Shown: in pieces, positions 10,195-20,096 of the stretch
Layout of the letters: the number at the start of each line of letters is the position of its first letter
How positions within the stretch are numbered: position 1 is the stretch's first letter
NCBI GenBank assembly: GCA_963769425.1
Contig: CAVYLP010000006.1
Coordinates: forward strand, 576,001-640,000
Reading direction: 5' to 3'
Length of the DNA stretch: 64,000 bases
Source: Candidatus Bathyarchaeota archaeon
GTDB lineage: Archaea > Thermoproteota > Bathyarchaeia > TCS64
Position numbers and translations under genes: made by a program
Notes under the pieces: model-generated
Told to the model about the DNA's origin: nothing
Database searches by the model: none
Seen by the model: the letters and a program-made list of their open reading frames with translations, nothing else

Positions 10195-10608
10195 TTAGAG
10201 GGTCACTATATCAGCAACTCTTTCAACGGGGCATCCAGTTTTGATGGCTGCTTTCCTCATGGCCTCATCCTCCGTGACTAAGGTCAACCCATCGCGGATA
10301 GCTATGTAGAGGTAGGAGGCGTCATAGAAGCTGAGTCCTTGGCTGAGAACGACCTCTGTAACGTACTCAGCCTCGCCGGGTTCGAGATGCGCGATAGCCA
10401 TGAGCCCTAGCACTTTTCCCGCCTCCCTCACGCGGGTTGTCGCCTCCCCCGGGTTTTTTAACCCGCGTTGGCCTCGCGTCTTCCAGACCACGTTTCCGAC
10501 CTCGAAGAGGGTCAGATCGGTTCGAGTCTCATCTTTAAGCAGGTCCGCTCCTCCCTGCCTCTCGGTTGAGAGGATCTCGACAATGGAACTCGCGTCGAAG
10601 AGGCGCAT
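10195..10608 (-). CDS. vapC: PIN-domain VapC toxin
   Basis: LFDAS..., E in FEVGNVVWK, LSFYDASYL, LVTED acidic PIN residues. Confidence 0.9.
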   Translation of the reverse strand: MRLFDASSIVEILSTERQGGADLLKDETRTDLTLFEVGNVVWKTRGQRGLKNPGEATTRVREAGKVLGLMAIAHLEPGEAEYVTEVVLSQGLSFYDASYLYIAIRDGLTLVTEDEAMRKAAIKTGCPVERVADIVTL

Positions 10609-10609
10609 C

Positions 10610-10831
10610 TCAGCGCTTCTCCCGGTCCGCGTGTATCCACTCGAGGATCTTCTCCTTGGGGAACTGGCTGAAGTATTCCCCGAGGCTGTCGGCGGCCTCC
10701 CTGGCCTCCTCTAGTTCGCGTTTCTTAATTTCCTCATCCAGAGCCTTTCGGGAGACATTAGCCGCCTCTATCCCGTACTTCTTGATCTTCTCCTTCATCT
10801 CCTCGGGGATGCGGATGGTGATTGTTGCCAT
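10610..10831 (-). CDS. vapB: VapB-type antitoxin (ribbon-helix-helix)
   Basis: MATITIRIPEEMKEKIKK RHH-like N-terminus, directly upstream of the PIN gene. Confidence 0.8.
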   Translation of the reverse strand: MATITIRIPEEMKEKIKKYGIEAANVSRKALDEEIKKRELEEAREAADSLGEYFSQFPKEKILEWIHADREKR

Positions 10832-10841
10832 GTACACCAAT

Positions 10842-10864
10842 TGTATTACATAAAATGTAACACA
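10842..10864. promoter_or_regulatory. Probable vapBC auto-repression operator
   Basis: Inverted repeat TGTATTACAT-AAA-ATGTAACACA (1 mismatch) immediately upstream of the antitoxin start. Confidence 0.6.
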
Positions 10865-10918
10865 TTAACCTGTCGTTTCTCCCGATGATTTAAGCTAGCC
10901 GGAGGTTAATCATTAACC

Positions 10919-11860
10919 ATGGTCAAGCCTGATTGGGCTGGGGTCTTCCCCGCCCTCTGCACCGTGACGGACGCGAAGGGCGACCTCGACGTGGCGGGTA
11001 TGCGCGCGCAGGTCGAGGCGAACATCGAGTGGGGTGCGGATGGGGTCTGCCCCGGGATAATCGCGGGGGAGTTCTTCAAGTTCAGCGAGGAGGAGCGTAT
11101 GGACATCCTCGACGCGACGGTTGAGGCGGCTGACGGGCGGGTGCCCGTGCTCTTCGGGGTGAGCCATAGCGGCACCGAGCTGGCGATACGCCTCGCGAAG
11201 CACGCGGAGGACAGGGGGGCCGACGGGGTCATAGCCATGGTCCCCTACTTCAGTCACACGCCGAGCAGGGCTATCGTGAAGAACCACATAGGCGCCATCT
11301 GCGCCGCCACCAGCCTACCCATAATGCTCCAGGACGCGGAGGATGCGACGGGGATACACATCTGCCCCACCACATACCTCGACCTCGCCGACGAGCACAG
11401 CAACCTCGCAAGCATAAAACTGGAGGGGCCGGGGACTCTCGACAAGCTCCGGGACATAAACCACCTAATGCCTGGGCGAGTCAGCGTCTTCGGGGGGATG
11501 GCGGCGAAGCTCATCCTTAAGGAGACGGAGCTGGGGGCCGACGGCACTATCCCTAGCGGGTGCCTCACCGACCTGATCAAGCAGATCTGGACACCGGCGA
11601 AGAAGGGCAACTGGAAGAGGGCGGAGCAGGTGTACGCTAGGTACAAGCCGTGGGTCGACCTCTTCCACGGTAGCCCCGGCGCCACCGCCGAGATAGAGAA
11701 GGAGACCCTCAAGAGCCGCGGCGTCATCCTGACGGCGACGAGCAGGAGCCCGAAGGTTCCCCTAAGCGAGGAGGGGAGCAAGCGCCTCTTGGAGATATTC
11801 GGGGAGCTGAAGATGCCGAGGGCGAGCCCTAGGGTCGAAGCGTGCTTGAGCGGGGATTAA
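10919..11860 (+). CDS. Dihydrodipicolinate synthase (DapA)-family aldolase/dehydratase
   Basis: GVFPAL.T, G.AGEF, GRVPV..GV, Schiff-base Lys in SIKLEG. Confidence 0.85.
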   Translation: MVKPDWAGVFPALCTVTDAKGDLDVAGMRAQVEANIEWGADGVCPGIIAGEFFKFSEEERMDILDATVEAADGRVPVLFGVSHSGTELAIRLAKHAEDRGADGVIAMVPYFSHTPSRAIVKNHIGAICAATSLPIMLQDAEDATGIHICPTTYLDLADEHSNLASIKLEGPGTLDKLRDINHLMPGRVSVFGGMAAKLILKETELGADGTIPSGCLTDLIKQIWTPAKKGNWKRAEQVYARYKPWVDLFHGSPGATAEIEKETLKSRGVILTATSRSPKVPLSEEGSKRLLEIFGELKMPRASPRVEACLSGD

Positions 11861-11955
11861 CTCCAAGAGAGTTATTAAAATTATCCCATTTGGATAACAA
11901 ATATTATTAACATTTTCCAAATCATTAATAAATTAGGCCGCTTAATCACATAAAC

Positions 11956-12888
11956 ATGAGAACCAAGGCAGTCGTGGCTTTAGCGGCGATTGTCATCGTC
12001 GTCGCAGCGATATCCGCGTACGCACTGCTTCAGTCGAACCACCCGCAACCCCAGAGCAAGGGCCTCATCGTTCTGGCCACGTTCTACCCTCTATACGGCT
12101 TCGCTTCCAACGTGGCGGGGAACAAGGCGAACGTCTCAATTCTAGTCCCGGAGACAGTCGACGTGCACGCCTTCGAGCCGACCCCTTCGGACATCAAGAA
12201 GGCGGCTTCAGCGGACGTTATCATCTATAATGGGGCTGGTCTGGAGCCCTGGATGCCAAGCCTTCTAACCGCTGTGAATAAACCCAACCTCAAAGCAGTT
12301 GACACAAGCGTAGGAATAGATCTTCTCCCGGTCGCTGCCGAGTTCCAGAGGCAAGGGAGGAGCATAGACCCCCATATCTGGCTCGACCCCACCCAGGCTA
12401 AGAAGCAGGTGGAGACCATAGCACAGGCCCTCATGCAGGCAGACCCAGGGAACGCCGCCTACTACAGGTCCAACGCTGATGCATATGAGGCAAAGCTCGA
12501 CGCCCTCGACGCTCAGATAGCGGGGGAGGTCAAGACGACGAAGACGAGAGTCTTCGTCACCTTCCACGAAGCGTTCGCCTACTTCGCGAGGCGATACAAC
12601 GTGACCCAGATCCCGATACAGGGGCCTTTCCAGGAGGAGCCCACGCCCAGCGACATACAGAATGTCGTATCCATCATCAAGCAGTACAAGCTGCGCTATG
12701 TCGGCTATGAGTCCCTCGAGAATCCCGCGATCCCACAGGCAATTAGCACCCAGACGAACGCCACGCTCATCCTCATGGACCCCATAGAGGGCTTGACCCT
12801 AGCTGACAAGTCAGCTGGGGAAGATTACATAGCACTTATGCTGAACGATGCCCAAAATATCGCGATGGCCCTCAACAATGTCGGATAA
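11956..12888 (+). CDS. znuA: Zn/Mn ABC transporter substrate-binding protein
   Basis: N-terminal anchor; DVHAFEPTPSD, DPHIWLDP, FHEAFAYF metal-binding motifs. Confidence 0.9.
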   Translation: MRTKAVVALAAIVIVVAAISAYALLQSNHPQPQSKGLIVLATFYPLYGFASNVAGNKANVSILVPETVDVHAFEPTPSDIKKAASADVIIYNGAGLEPWMPSLLTAVNKPNLKAVDTSVGIDLLPVAAEFQRQGRSIDPHIWLDPTQAKKQVETIAQALMQADPGNAAYYRSNADAYEAKLDALDAQIAGEVKTTKTRVFVTFHEAFAYFARRYNVTQIPIQGPFQEEPTPSDIQNVVSIIKQYKLRYVGYESLENPAIPQAISTQTNATLILMDPIEGLTLADKSAGEDYIALMLNDAQNIAMALNNVG

Positions 12889-13676
12889 GAACACAGTCGC
12901 CAAATTCGTCGATCTGAGCGTCACCTATAGTGGAAACGTCGACGCGCTCAGCCATGTCTCCCTCGACGTCTATGAGGGCGACTTCATGGGGGTCATAGGA
13001 CCGAACGGCGCTGGGAAGACGACGCTGCTGAACGCGCTACTTGGATTGACTTCCCCCAACCAAGGCTCTGTGAGCCTCTTTGGAAGACCAGTCTCACCGG
13101 CGGGACTACGGCGGGTAGGCTACGTCCCCCAGAAAGCTGCAACGGCCGAGGCAAACTCACCCTTCACAGTATACGAGACAGTCCTGATGGGGCGCGCCCC
13201 GCGCGCTGGACCGCTCCACAGACTCGGGCATAAGGACCACGACAAGGCCGAGGAGGTCCTCAAGCTACTCGGGATACACGACTTGATGAAGAGGAAGATG
13301 GGGCAGCTATCCGGTGGACAGTCTCAGAGGGTTCTACTAGCCAAGGCCCTTGTGGGCGATCCCGATCTGATGATCCTCGACGAGCCCACGAGTGGCGTCG
13401 ACTCCCCTTCGAGAATCGAGATTTATAGGATACTCTCAGAGCTGAACAGTGAGAAGGGGATCACGATGATGCTCTCCACCCACGACATTGGTGTAGTGAA
13501 GAGGCTTACAAACAGGGCAGCCTTCCTTCACGGCTCCCTGACTCTTCCAGGGCCCTACATCCGAACTCAGTGACCAGGTCCTCTCGAAGATGTATGACTA
13601 CCCGATCGAGGTCACGGAGGATGGGCGCGTCTGCGACTACCCGCTGGAGCACCTGACACAGCATGACCACGCTTAG
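12878..13676 (+). CDS. znuC: Zn/Mn ABC transporter ATP-binding protein (frameshift near 13540)
   Basis: GPNGAGKTT, LSGGQ, LDEPT; a shifted frame continues 'GPTSELSDQVLSKMYDYP...HDHA*' to 13676. Confidence 0.85.
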
Positions 13677-14526
13677 CAGCCTCCTGAGCCTGCTGGCTGA
13701 GCCCTTCATACAGAGAGCGTTCCTAGTTGGCATCATAATAGCGGTGGCGAGCAGCATCCTCGGCGTCTTCATCGTTCTGAAGAAGATCTCACTCATCGGG
13801 GACGGCCTCGCCCACACGGCCTTCGGGGGCCTCGCCCTCGGCTACTATCTCGACGTGGTGCCACTATGGGCGGCGGCGGTCGTCGTTGTCCTCGGCGCCA
13901 TCGGGATAACGAAGACTACGCGGTCCAAGAGAATCTCGGGGGACGCCGCGGTTGCGGTGATCCTCCAGCTTGGGCTCGCCTCAGGTATAGTGCTGCTGAG
14001 CCTCGCCCGTGGCTTCGGGGTGAACATAGACAGCCTCCTCTTCGGGAGTATACTCCTAGTCGACTCCACCCAGATACTCGTGGCGGTGGTCGTCCTCGCC
14101 CTCATCCTCGGCGTCGTCGTCGCCTTCTACAAGGAGATGCAGTACGCGACCTTCGACGAGGCACAGGCACGGGCCGCTGGGATAAACACGGGCCTCTTCG
14201 ACTACCTCATCAGCGTCCTCGCGGGGATAGTCGTCATAGCCTCGATACCCATAGTTGGCGTGCTGCTCATCTCCGCGATGATCGTGCTACCCGCGCTGAT
14301 GAGCCTGCAGGTCAGCGGCTCTTTCAGGCACACCCTCCTACTCTCCCCAGTTTTCGGCACCGTCAGCGTAGTCGCTGGCATGTTCCTCTCCATAGTCCTC
14401 GACACTGCCTCGGGCGCCACTATCGTCCTTACGGCGATCCTCGGGCTGATCCTTATACTCGGCTTCAAGAAGATCGGCTCCGCGACGAGGCAAAGCGCAC
14501 TGAGCCCAGGCATCCAACGGGGCTAG
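13663..14526 (+). CDS. znuB: Zn/Mn ABC transporter permease
   Basis: SLIGDGLAHTAFGG, LFGSIL, FDEAQARAAG, VGVLLISAMIVLP. Confidence 0.9.
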   Translation: MTTLSSLLSLLAEPFIQRAFLVGIIIAVASSILGVFIVLKKISLIGDGLAHTAFGGLALGYYLDVVPLWAAAVVVVLGAIGITKTTRSKRISGDAAVAVILQLGLASGIVLLSLARGFGVNIDSLLFGSILLVDSTQILVAVVVLALILGVVVAFYKEMQYATFDEAQARAAGINTGLFDYLISVLAGIVVIASIPIVGVLLISAMIVLPALMSLQVSGSFRHTLLLSPVFGTVSVVAGMFLSIVLDTASGATIVLTAILGLILILGFKKIGSATRQSALSPGIQRG

Positions 14527-14558
14527 AGCTTATCCACACCCATGCGGACACAACATCC

Positions 14559-15784
14559 ATGGACAAGCTAGGCATCGCCTACATAGGCACCGGCTTCATC
14601 GCCCGCTTCATGGCGCAGAGCATGACCGCCGTCAGAGGCGCCGACGTAAGCGCCGTCTACAACCCCCACGAGAACGGCGCCAAGAAACTCGCCGCATACA
14701 TCCAGTCACTCGGTTTACCAAAACCCAAAACATACACAGACCTACACGCCACCCTACAGGACAAATCCGTCAACGCCGCCTGGATCATGAACCCAAACTA
14801 CACCCGCCTAGAAACCACAAGAACCATCGCAGAAGAAGCAACACAGGGACGAGGCAACCTAGCTGCAGTCGCCTGCGAGAAACCACTCGGAAGAACTGCA
14901 GACGAGGCAGAGGAGATGCTCAAAGCAATCCAACGAACCGGCCTACTACACGGCTACCTTGAAAACCAGGTCTACTCCCCAAGCATCGTCAGGGGACGCG
15001 ACGCCGCGTGGAGATACGGCGCCAGAACCGCAGGAAGACCCTACCTAGCCAGAGCAGCCGAGGAGCACGGGGGCCCACACATGGCCTGGTTCTGGGACCC
15101 AAGAAGAAGTGGCGGAGGCGTCCTACTCGACATGGCCTGCCACAGCATAGAGGCGTCACGATACCTACTCACCGACCCCGACAAACCAAAGACGAGCCTC
15201 AAACCCAAGACCATACAGTGCACCACCCAGAGTCTCAAGTGGACGAGGAACCCGCCCTCACCCAGCTCAGGAAGCAGCACAACGTCGACTACTCCAAGAC
15301 CCCCGCCGAGGACTACGCCGCCGTCAACATCGCCTACGAGGACGACTACGAACCCGCCCTCTCCGAGACACGCGTAAGCTGGTGCTACACTGGCCCCGGC
15401 CTCCGCCTAAGCATGGAGCTCCTCGGCCCAGAATACTCCGTCACCATGAACAGCCTCCAGCAGGAACTCAACGTCTTCCTCAGCAGAAACATCAAATCCG
15501 AACAGTCCGAGGACTTCGTCGAGAAGCAGGCCGCGGAGCAGGGACTCATGCCCATCGTCCCTGACGAGGCAGCCTCCTACGGCTACATCGCAGAGTGCAG
15601 ACACATGGTCGACAGCTTTAGAGCCGGAGCCATGCCCACCGAGGACTGGACCGACGGCCTACTCGTCACCCAGCTCATGATGCACGCCTACAAGTCCGCA
15701 GACGAGGGCAGAACCATCAAGTTCAGCCCCGAGTCCGTCCGTGGCTACACCCCAAAGGTAGCCACCGGGGAGTGGCACCCCTAA
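14559..15784 (+). CDS. Gfo/Idh/MocA family oxidoreductase (frameshift near 15250)
   Basis: IGTGFIA, CEKPLG, SGGGVLLDMACH; ORFs ending 15377 and 15784 join across one indel. Confidence 0.85.
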
Positions 15785-15850
15785 AAATAATCCATCTCAA
15801 CAATCGATTAACCCTATAAATCTGCCACGCGCTGGGTCTTCGGTGCATTC

Positions 15851-16018
15851 TTGGTTTCAGTGATCCACCTTCGCCAGCTCGAAGCAGCCAAAAAACTCGG
15901 GAAACGCAAGCACTGGTCAGATGAGGATGAGGCGAAGGCTGAGGAGGAGACCCGTGAGCTCACTGAGGAGGAGCGCCTCCAAAGGGTCAGGGTCTACGAC
16001 GCGGGCGACGTCCTCTAG
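15851..16018 (+). CDS. Small charged hypothetical protein (55 aa, MVSVIHLRQLEAAKKLG...DAGDVL)
   Basis: Read manually; TATAAA about 30 nt upstream, genome-typical codon use, stop overlaps the convergent gene's stop. Confidence 0.5.
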   Translation: MVSVIHLRQLEAAKKLGKRKHWSDEDEAKAEEETRELTEEERLQRVRVYDAGDVL

Positions 16019-17346
16019 GCACCCATCCTGCTAATCACGGCCCTCTCAAGCTCCCAACGCTGCCTCTCCCTCAACTCGTATTTCACCCTCATCGCTGGCT
16101 TGTTCAGCTTCAAGTACCTGCGCAGGTCGGTGGGGGTGCCGAGCAACACGAGGTCGCAGGGCGTCGCGTTGATGGTTTCCTCGAGCTCCTTCATCTGGTG
16201 AGGGCTATAGCCGACGGCTGGAAGGACCTTCTGGAGGTGGGGATACTGCTCGTAGACGTGCTTGATTGTGCCCGTCGCGTATGGGCGGGGGTCGACGATG
16301 GTGGCCTCAAGCTCGCGGGCCTTGATGGTCGCCGCGCCGTAGCCCATGCCGCCGTGGGTGACAGTTGGCCCATCCTCTACCACAAGCACGCTTTTCCCGA
16401 GGAGCCTCGACTCGTCATCCGCCGTTATCACCATGTCCGTCTCCACTATCTGCGCCTTGGGGTTCACTGACTGGATGTTCTTCCTGACCTGCTCCACGCT
16501 CCCCGGCGGCGCCGTGTTCACCTTGCTGATCACCGCGATGTCCGCCATGCGGACATTCACCTCGCCAGGGTAGTAGGTCAGCTCGTTCCCCGCCCTGTGA
16601 GGGTCTACGACGCAGATGTGTATCTTCGGCCAGTAGAAGGGGTAATCGTTGTTGCCTCCGTCCCAGACGATGAAGTCCGCCTCCTCCTCGGCACGCCTGA
16701 TTATGTCGAGGTAGTCGACGCCCGCGTAGACGACTGCGCCGCGCTCGATGTGGGGCTCGTAGTCCTCCCTCTCCTCGATCGTGCAGTCCTGCGCGTCGAG
16801 GTCCTCAAGAGTGGCGAATCTCTGCACGCGCTGCTTGACGAGGTCGCCATAGGGCATCGGGTGGCGAATCACCACGACCTTTAGCCCCCTCCGCTTGAGT
16901 AGGTCGACAAGCCACCTGCTCGTCGGGCTCTTGCCGCTCCCCGTCCTGCTGGCGCAGACGCTGATCACAGGCTTCTTCGACCTGATCATAGTCTCCTTGG
17001 GGCCGAGGAGTGTGAAGCTCGCCCCCGCCGCCATTGCGCGGCTCCCCTCGTTCATAAGGTACTGGTGGCTCACGTCGCTGTAGCTGAAGAAGACCTCCTC
17101 CACGTTAAGGTCCTGGATGAGCTGCTCCAGCTGGGACTCGGGGTGGATCGGTATCCCGTCCGGGTAACGCTTCCCCGCGAGCTCGTGCGGATAGGTCCGC
17201 TTCTCTATCCCCGCCGTCGTGTCTAGGTCCGATATCTGGGCAGCGGTGAAGGCTACAACCTCATACTCCGGGTTGTCCCGGAAAAAGACGTTGAAGTTGT
17301 GGAAGTCGCGGCCCGCGGCGCCCATGATTATGGCTTTTTTGATCAT
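16015..17346 (-). CDS. COG2403 P-loop protein (cyclic 2,3-diphosphoglycerate synthase-like / arginine synthetase-like)
   Basis: MGAAGRDFHNFN, RTGSGKS, RHPMPYG, EEREDYEPH, WDGGNND, EDGPTVTHGGM. Confidence 0.85.
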   Translation of the reverse strand: MIKKAIIMGAAGRDFHNFNVFFRDNPEYEVVAFTAAQISDLDTTAGIEKRTYPHELAGKRYPDGIPIHPESQLEQLIQDLNVEEVFFSYSDVSHQYLMNEGSRAMAAGASFTLLGPKETMIRSKKPVISVCASRTGSGKSPTSRWLVDLLKRRGLKVVVIRHPMPYGDLVKQRVQRFATLEDLDAQDCTIEEREDYEPHIERGAVVYAGVDYLDIIRRAEEEADFIVWDGGNNDYPFYWPKIHICVVDPHRAGNELTYYPGEVNVRMADIAVISKVNTAPPGSVEQVRKNIQSVNPKAQIVETDMVITADDESRLLGKSVLVVEDGPTVTHGGMGYGAATIKARELEATIVDPRPYATGTIKHVYEQYPHLQKVLPAVGYSPHQMKELEETINATPCDLVLLGTPTDLRRYLKLNKPAMRVKYELRERQRWELERAVISRMGA

Positions 17347-17402
17347 AACATTTGATCGAATGTTTGGGCTGAATATAAACTGGGCTAGCGAACCCGATCA
17401 GA

Positions 17403-17807
17403 TCAGTGTGAGGACGTGAATTCTAGCTCGTTCAGGAGGGCCTTCACTCTGAGGAGTATGTCGTCCCTAATCACCCTAACCTCCTCTATGGGCTTCCCGT
17501 GAGGGTCCTCTATCTCCCACTCCCTCATCTCGCCCCCGGCTACGGGGCAGACGTCTGGGCCACAGCCCATTGTGATGGCTAAATCGGCCTCTTTAGCCAT
17601 CTCGCTGGTGAGTTTCTTCGGCTTATTGCCACTGATATCTATCCCGATTTCCTTCATGGCCTGTACGACGAGGGGGTTAATTTGAGTGGCTGGTTGGCTT
17701 CCAGCGCTTATAGCGTGGTGGCGGCCACTGGAAAGGCTGTTGAATATGCCCTCGGCCATCTGGCTCCTCCCCGCGTTGTGGACGCAGATGAACAGAACAG
17801 TAACCAT
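17403..17807 (-). CDS. arsC: Arsenate reductase (LMW-PTP fold)
   Basis: CVHNAGRSQMAE P-loop, ITMGC..VCP, W.IEDP. Confidence 0.9.
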   Translation of the reverse strand: MVTVLFICVHNAGRSQMAEGIFNSLSSGRHHAISAGSQPATQINPLVVQAMKEIGIDISGNKPKKLTSEMAKEADLAITMGCGPDVCPVAGGEMREWEIEDPHGKPIEEVRVIRDDILLRVKALLNELEFTSSH

Positions 17808-17893
17808 GGTTAACGTGTGAGTTTGGGTTATCCCTGAATTTAAGGGAGGGCGCAGAGCGTCAGTTTTTCAACCCCCGCACCGATACCTGATTG

Positions 17894-18755
17894 ATGGAGA
17901 GGCTCACGAAGGTCCAATTCACGAACCTAGAGAAGATACTCTATCCCGCGGTGGGGGTGAGAAAGCTCGATGTCGTGAAGTATTACATCAAGGTGGCGCC
18001 CCGAATGTTGCCCTTCCTTGAGGGGAGAGCACTCGTTGTCACCAGGTACCCAGACGGGGTGGAGGACGGAGGGTTTCTATGGGAAGGATGCCCCGCAGGG
18101 GACGCCCGACTGGGTGAAGCTCCACCACACCTACTCCGAGGCCGCAGGGAGGGAACTCGACTACATTGTCTGCGACAACCTCGACACGCTAGTCTGGCTC
18201 GCAAATCTAGCTGCCCTTGAGCTGCACATCCCACTCGCGAGGATTGATAAGCCGGATAACCCAGACATTGTCCTCTTCGACCTTGACCCGCAGCCCCCCG
18301 CGGGGATGGCTGAGGCTGGTAGAGTCGCCCGATTGATCAGGGAGAAACTCAAGGCAAGAGGGCTCACAGCTTGGGTGAAAACGTCGGGAAAGAGGGGGCT
18401 GCACATTGTAGCACCGACGAATCGGAAGGAGACTTTCGATGAGACTCGAGCTTATGCCCATAAGGTCGGAATTGAGCTCGCTAAGGAGACGGGAATAGTC
18501 TCTTCCGAGAAAGCACAGAAGAGGTCAGGTACGGTCTACATAGATTATCCCCAGAACGGACACGGGAGAACGATGGCGTGCCCCTACAGCCTCAGGGCGA
18601 CTCCGACAGCGACAGTCTCATCCCCCATTACCTGGGAAGAGCTTGACGGACTAGACCCGAATAAATACATGATTGGTAACGTACCAGACAAAGCGGACGC
18701 CTGGAAGAGTTTCTGGAAATCCCAAAAGAGCGTGAAATCTAAGGAGAAGACCTAG
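17894..18755 (+). CDS. NHEJ primase-polymerase (stand-alone LigD Pol domain; frameshift near 18065)
   Basis: TNLEKILYP, RYPDGV, FDLDP, KTSGKRGLH, YIDYPQN.HGRT..CPYSLR. Confidence 0.88.
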
Positions 18756-19039
18756 CTCGCGGAACCCTTAAAATCTTTTGGAAAGAAGCCTTGCTGAAGC
18801 TCAGATCCTGCGCTGCTCCAAAATAGTCTCCTGTCAGCGAGTTTTAGACCGATGATGCAGGTTCTCTTCATTTGTGTCTTAGTCAGCTTCCCCAACGCCT
18901 TTTCTCACCGTCTAAAAATGTGCTCGTAACCGTGATAGTTATTCCATTGCTTTTTTCCACATGATTTTGATCAGGTTCGATTGCAGATTGTGTAAGTGTT
19001 AAGAATCCGAAGTGTGAAGATTCAATTCGAGAATTCAGT

Positions 19040-19255
19040 TTGAGCGACTTTACTATAATCGATGTGGGCTCCTTTGCGATCGTAATATTCGTCATTCTGA
19101 TTGTATCGCACTTCGTGTGGAGAAAGTACCTGAGTAAACTAGATTCGAGGTATCAGACCATTATAGATATAATTGCCATCATTTTATCCGGGTTAGTGAT
19201 ACTATCGATGGCCAATCTATGGCTCTTCCAACAGCTATCTTGGCTGGGACTGTGA
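19040..19255 (+). CDS. Small two-TM membrane protein in an AT-rich insert
   Basis: 71-aa ORF with two hydrophobic segments; local composition is much lower in GC than the flanks. Confidence 0.5.
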   Translation: MSDFTIIDVGSFAIVIFVILIVSHFVWRKYLSKLDSRYQTIIDIIAIILSGLVILSMANLWLFQQLSWLGL

Positions 19256-19300
19256 AAGAGTTAAGGCTGTGGGTTCCGAGGTTCAAACAGGGATTTAAGC

Positions 19301-20096
19301 TTGAGCGACGAGGAACAGGCTCCGCCTGGACGTAGTTTTTGGAGCGGTACCATTAGTATCGGGCTCGTCAATGTGCCCGTCAAGCTCTACACGATGATCC
19401 GTGACCAGAGCTACAGCTTCCACTTCCTCAGGAAGAAGGATGGATGCCCCCTTAGGTATCAGAGGGTCTGCACTTATGACAACGAGGTGGTGGAGTGGGC
19501 GGATGTATCCCGCGGATACGAGGTACAGAAGGGGGAGTTCGTCACATTCACGAAGGAGGAACTCGACGCGATCCGCCCAGAATCGGACCGCAGGATCAAG
19601 ATCGATAAATTCGTCCAAGTCCTCGGCGTCGACCCACTCTATTTCCAGAGCAGCTACATACTCGGCCCCGATAAGAGCGGGGACGCTTACGGGCTCCTCT
19701 ACTCGGCTCTCGAGAAGAAGGGGATGGCTGGCGTCGGCCGCTACACGATGAGGACGAAGGAGTACCCCGTCCTCATACACGCCTATAGAGGTGCCCTCAT
19801 ACTCACGACTCTCCGCTACCCCAATGAGGTCATAGACCCCAATGCCAGTAAAGGACCTTAAGGAGCTGAAGGAGCCGAGCAAGAAGGAGCTCGAACTCGC
19901 CTTACAAGATACTCGAAAACCTCACCGGCGAGTTCGACATCACCGAGTACAAGGACACATACGCGAGAACGTGGAGAAACTCATCAAGAAGAAGCTAAAG
20001 GGAGAGACCATCAAGGTGGAGAAACCGGAGAAGAAGGAGGAGGTCAAGGAGCTGATGGTCGCTCTTGAGGAGACTCTCGCGCAGATGAAGAAGTGA
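19301..20096 (+). CDS. ku: Ku DNA end-binding protein (about three indels between 19845 and 19965)
   Basis: RSFWSGTISIGLVNVPVKLY, RGYEV.KG.FV, P.YF.SSY; reframing restores 'ILENLTGEFDITEYKDTYRE' and 'ELMVALEETL'. Confidence 0.9.

Noticed and set aside
13866-14558. Long Arg-rich N-terminal extensions and antisense ORFs here and throughout the window
   Set aside because: Shadow frames of GC-rich genes; they overlap well-supported CDSs
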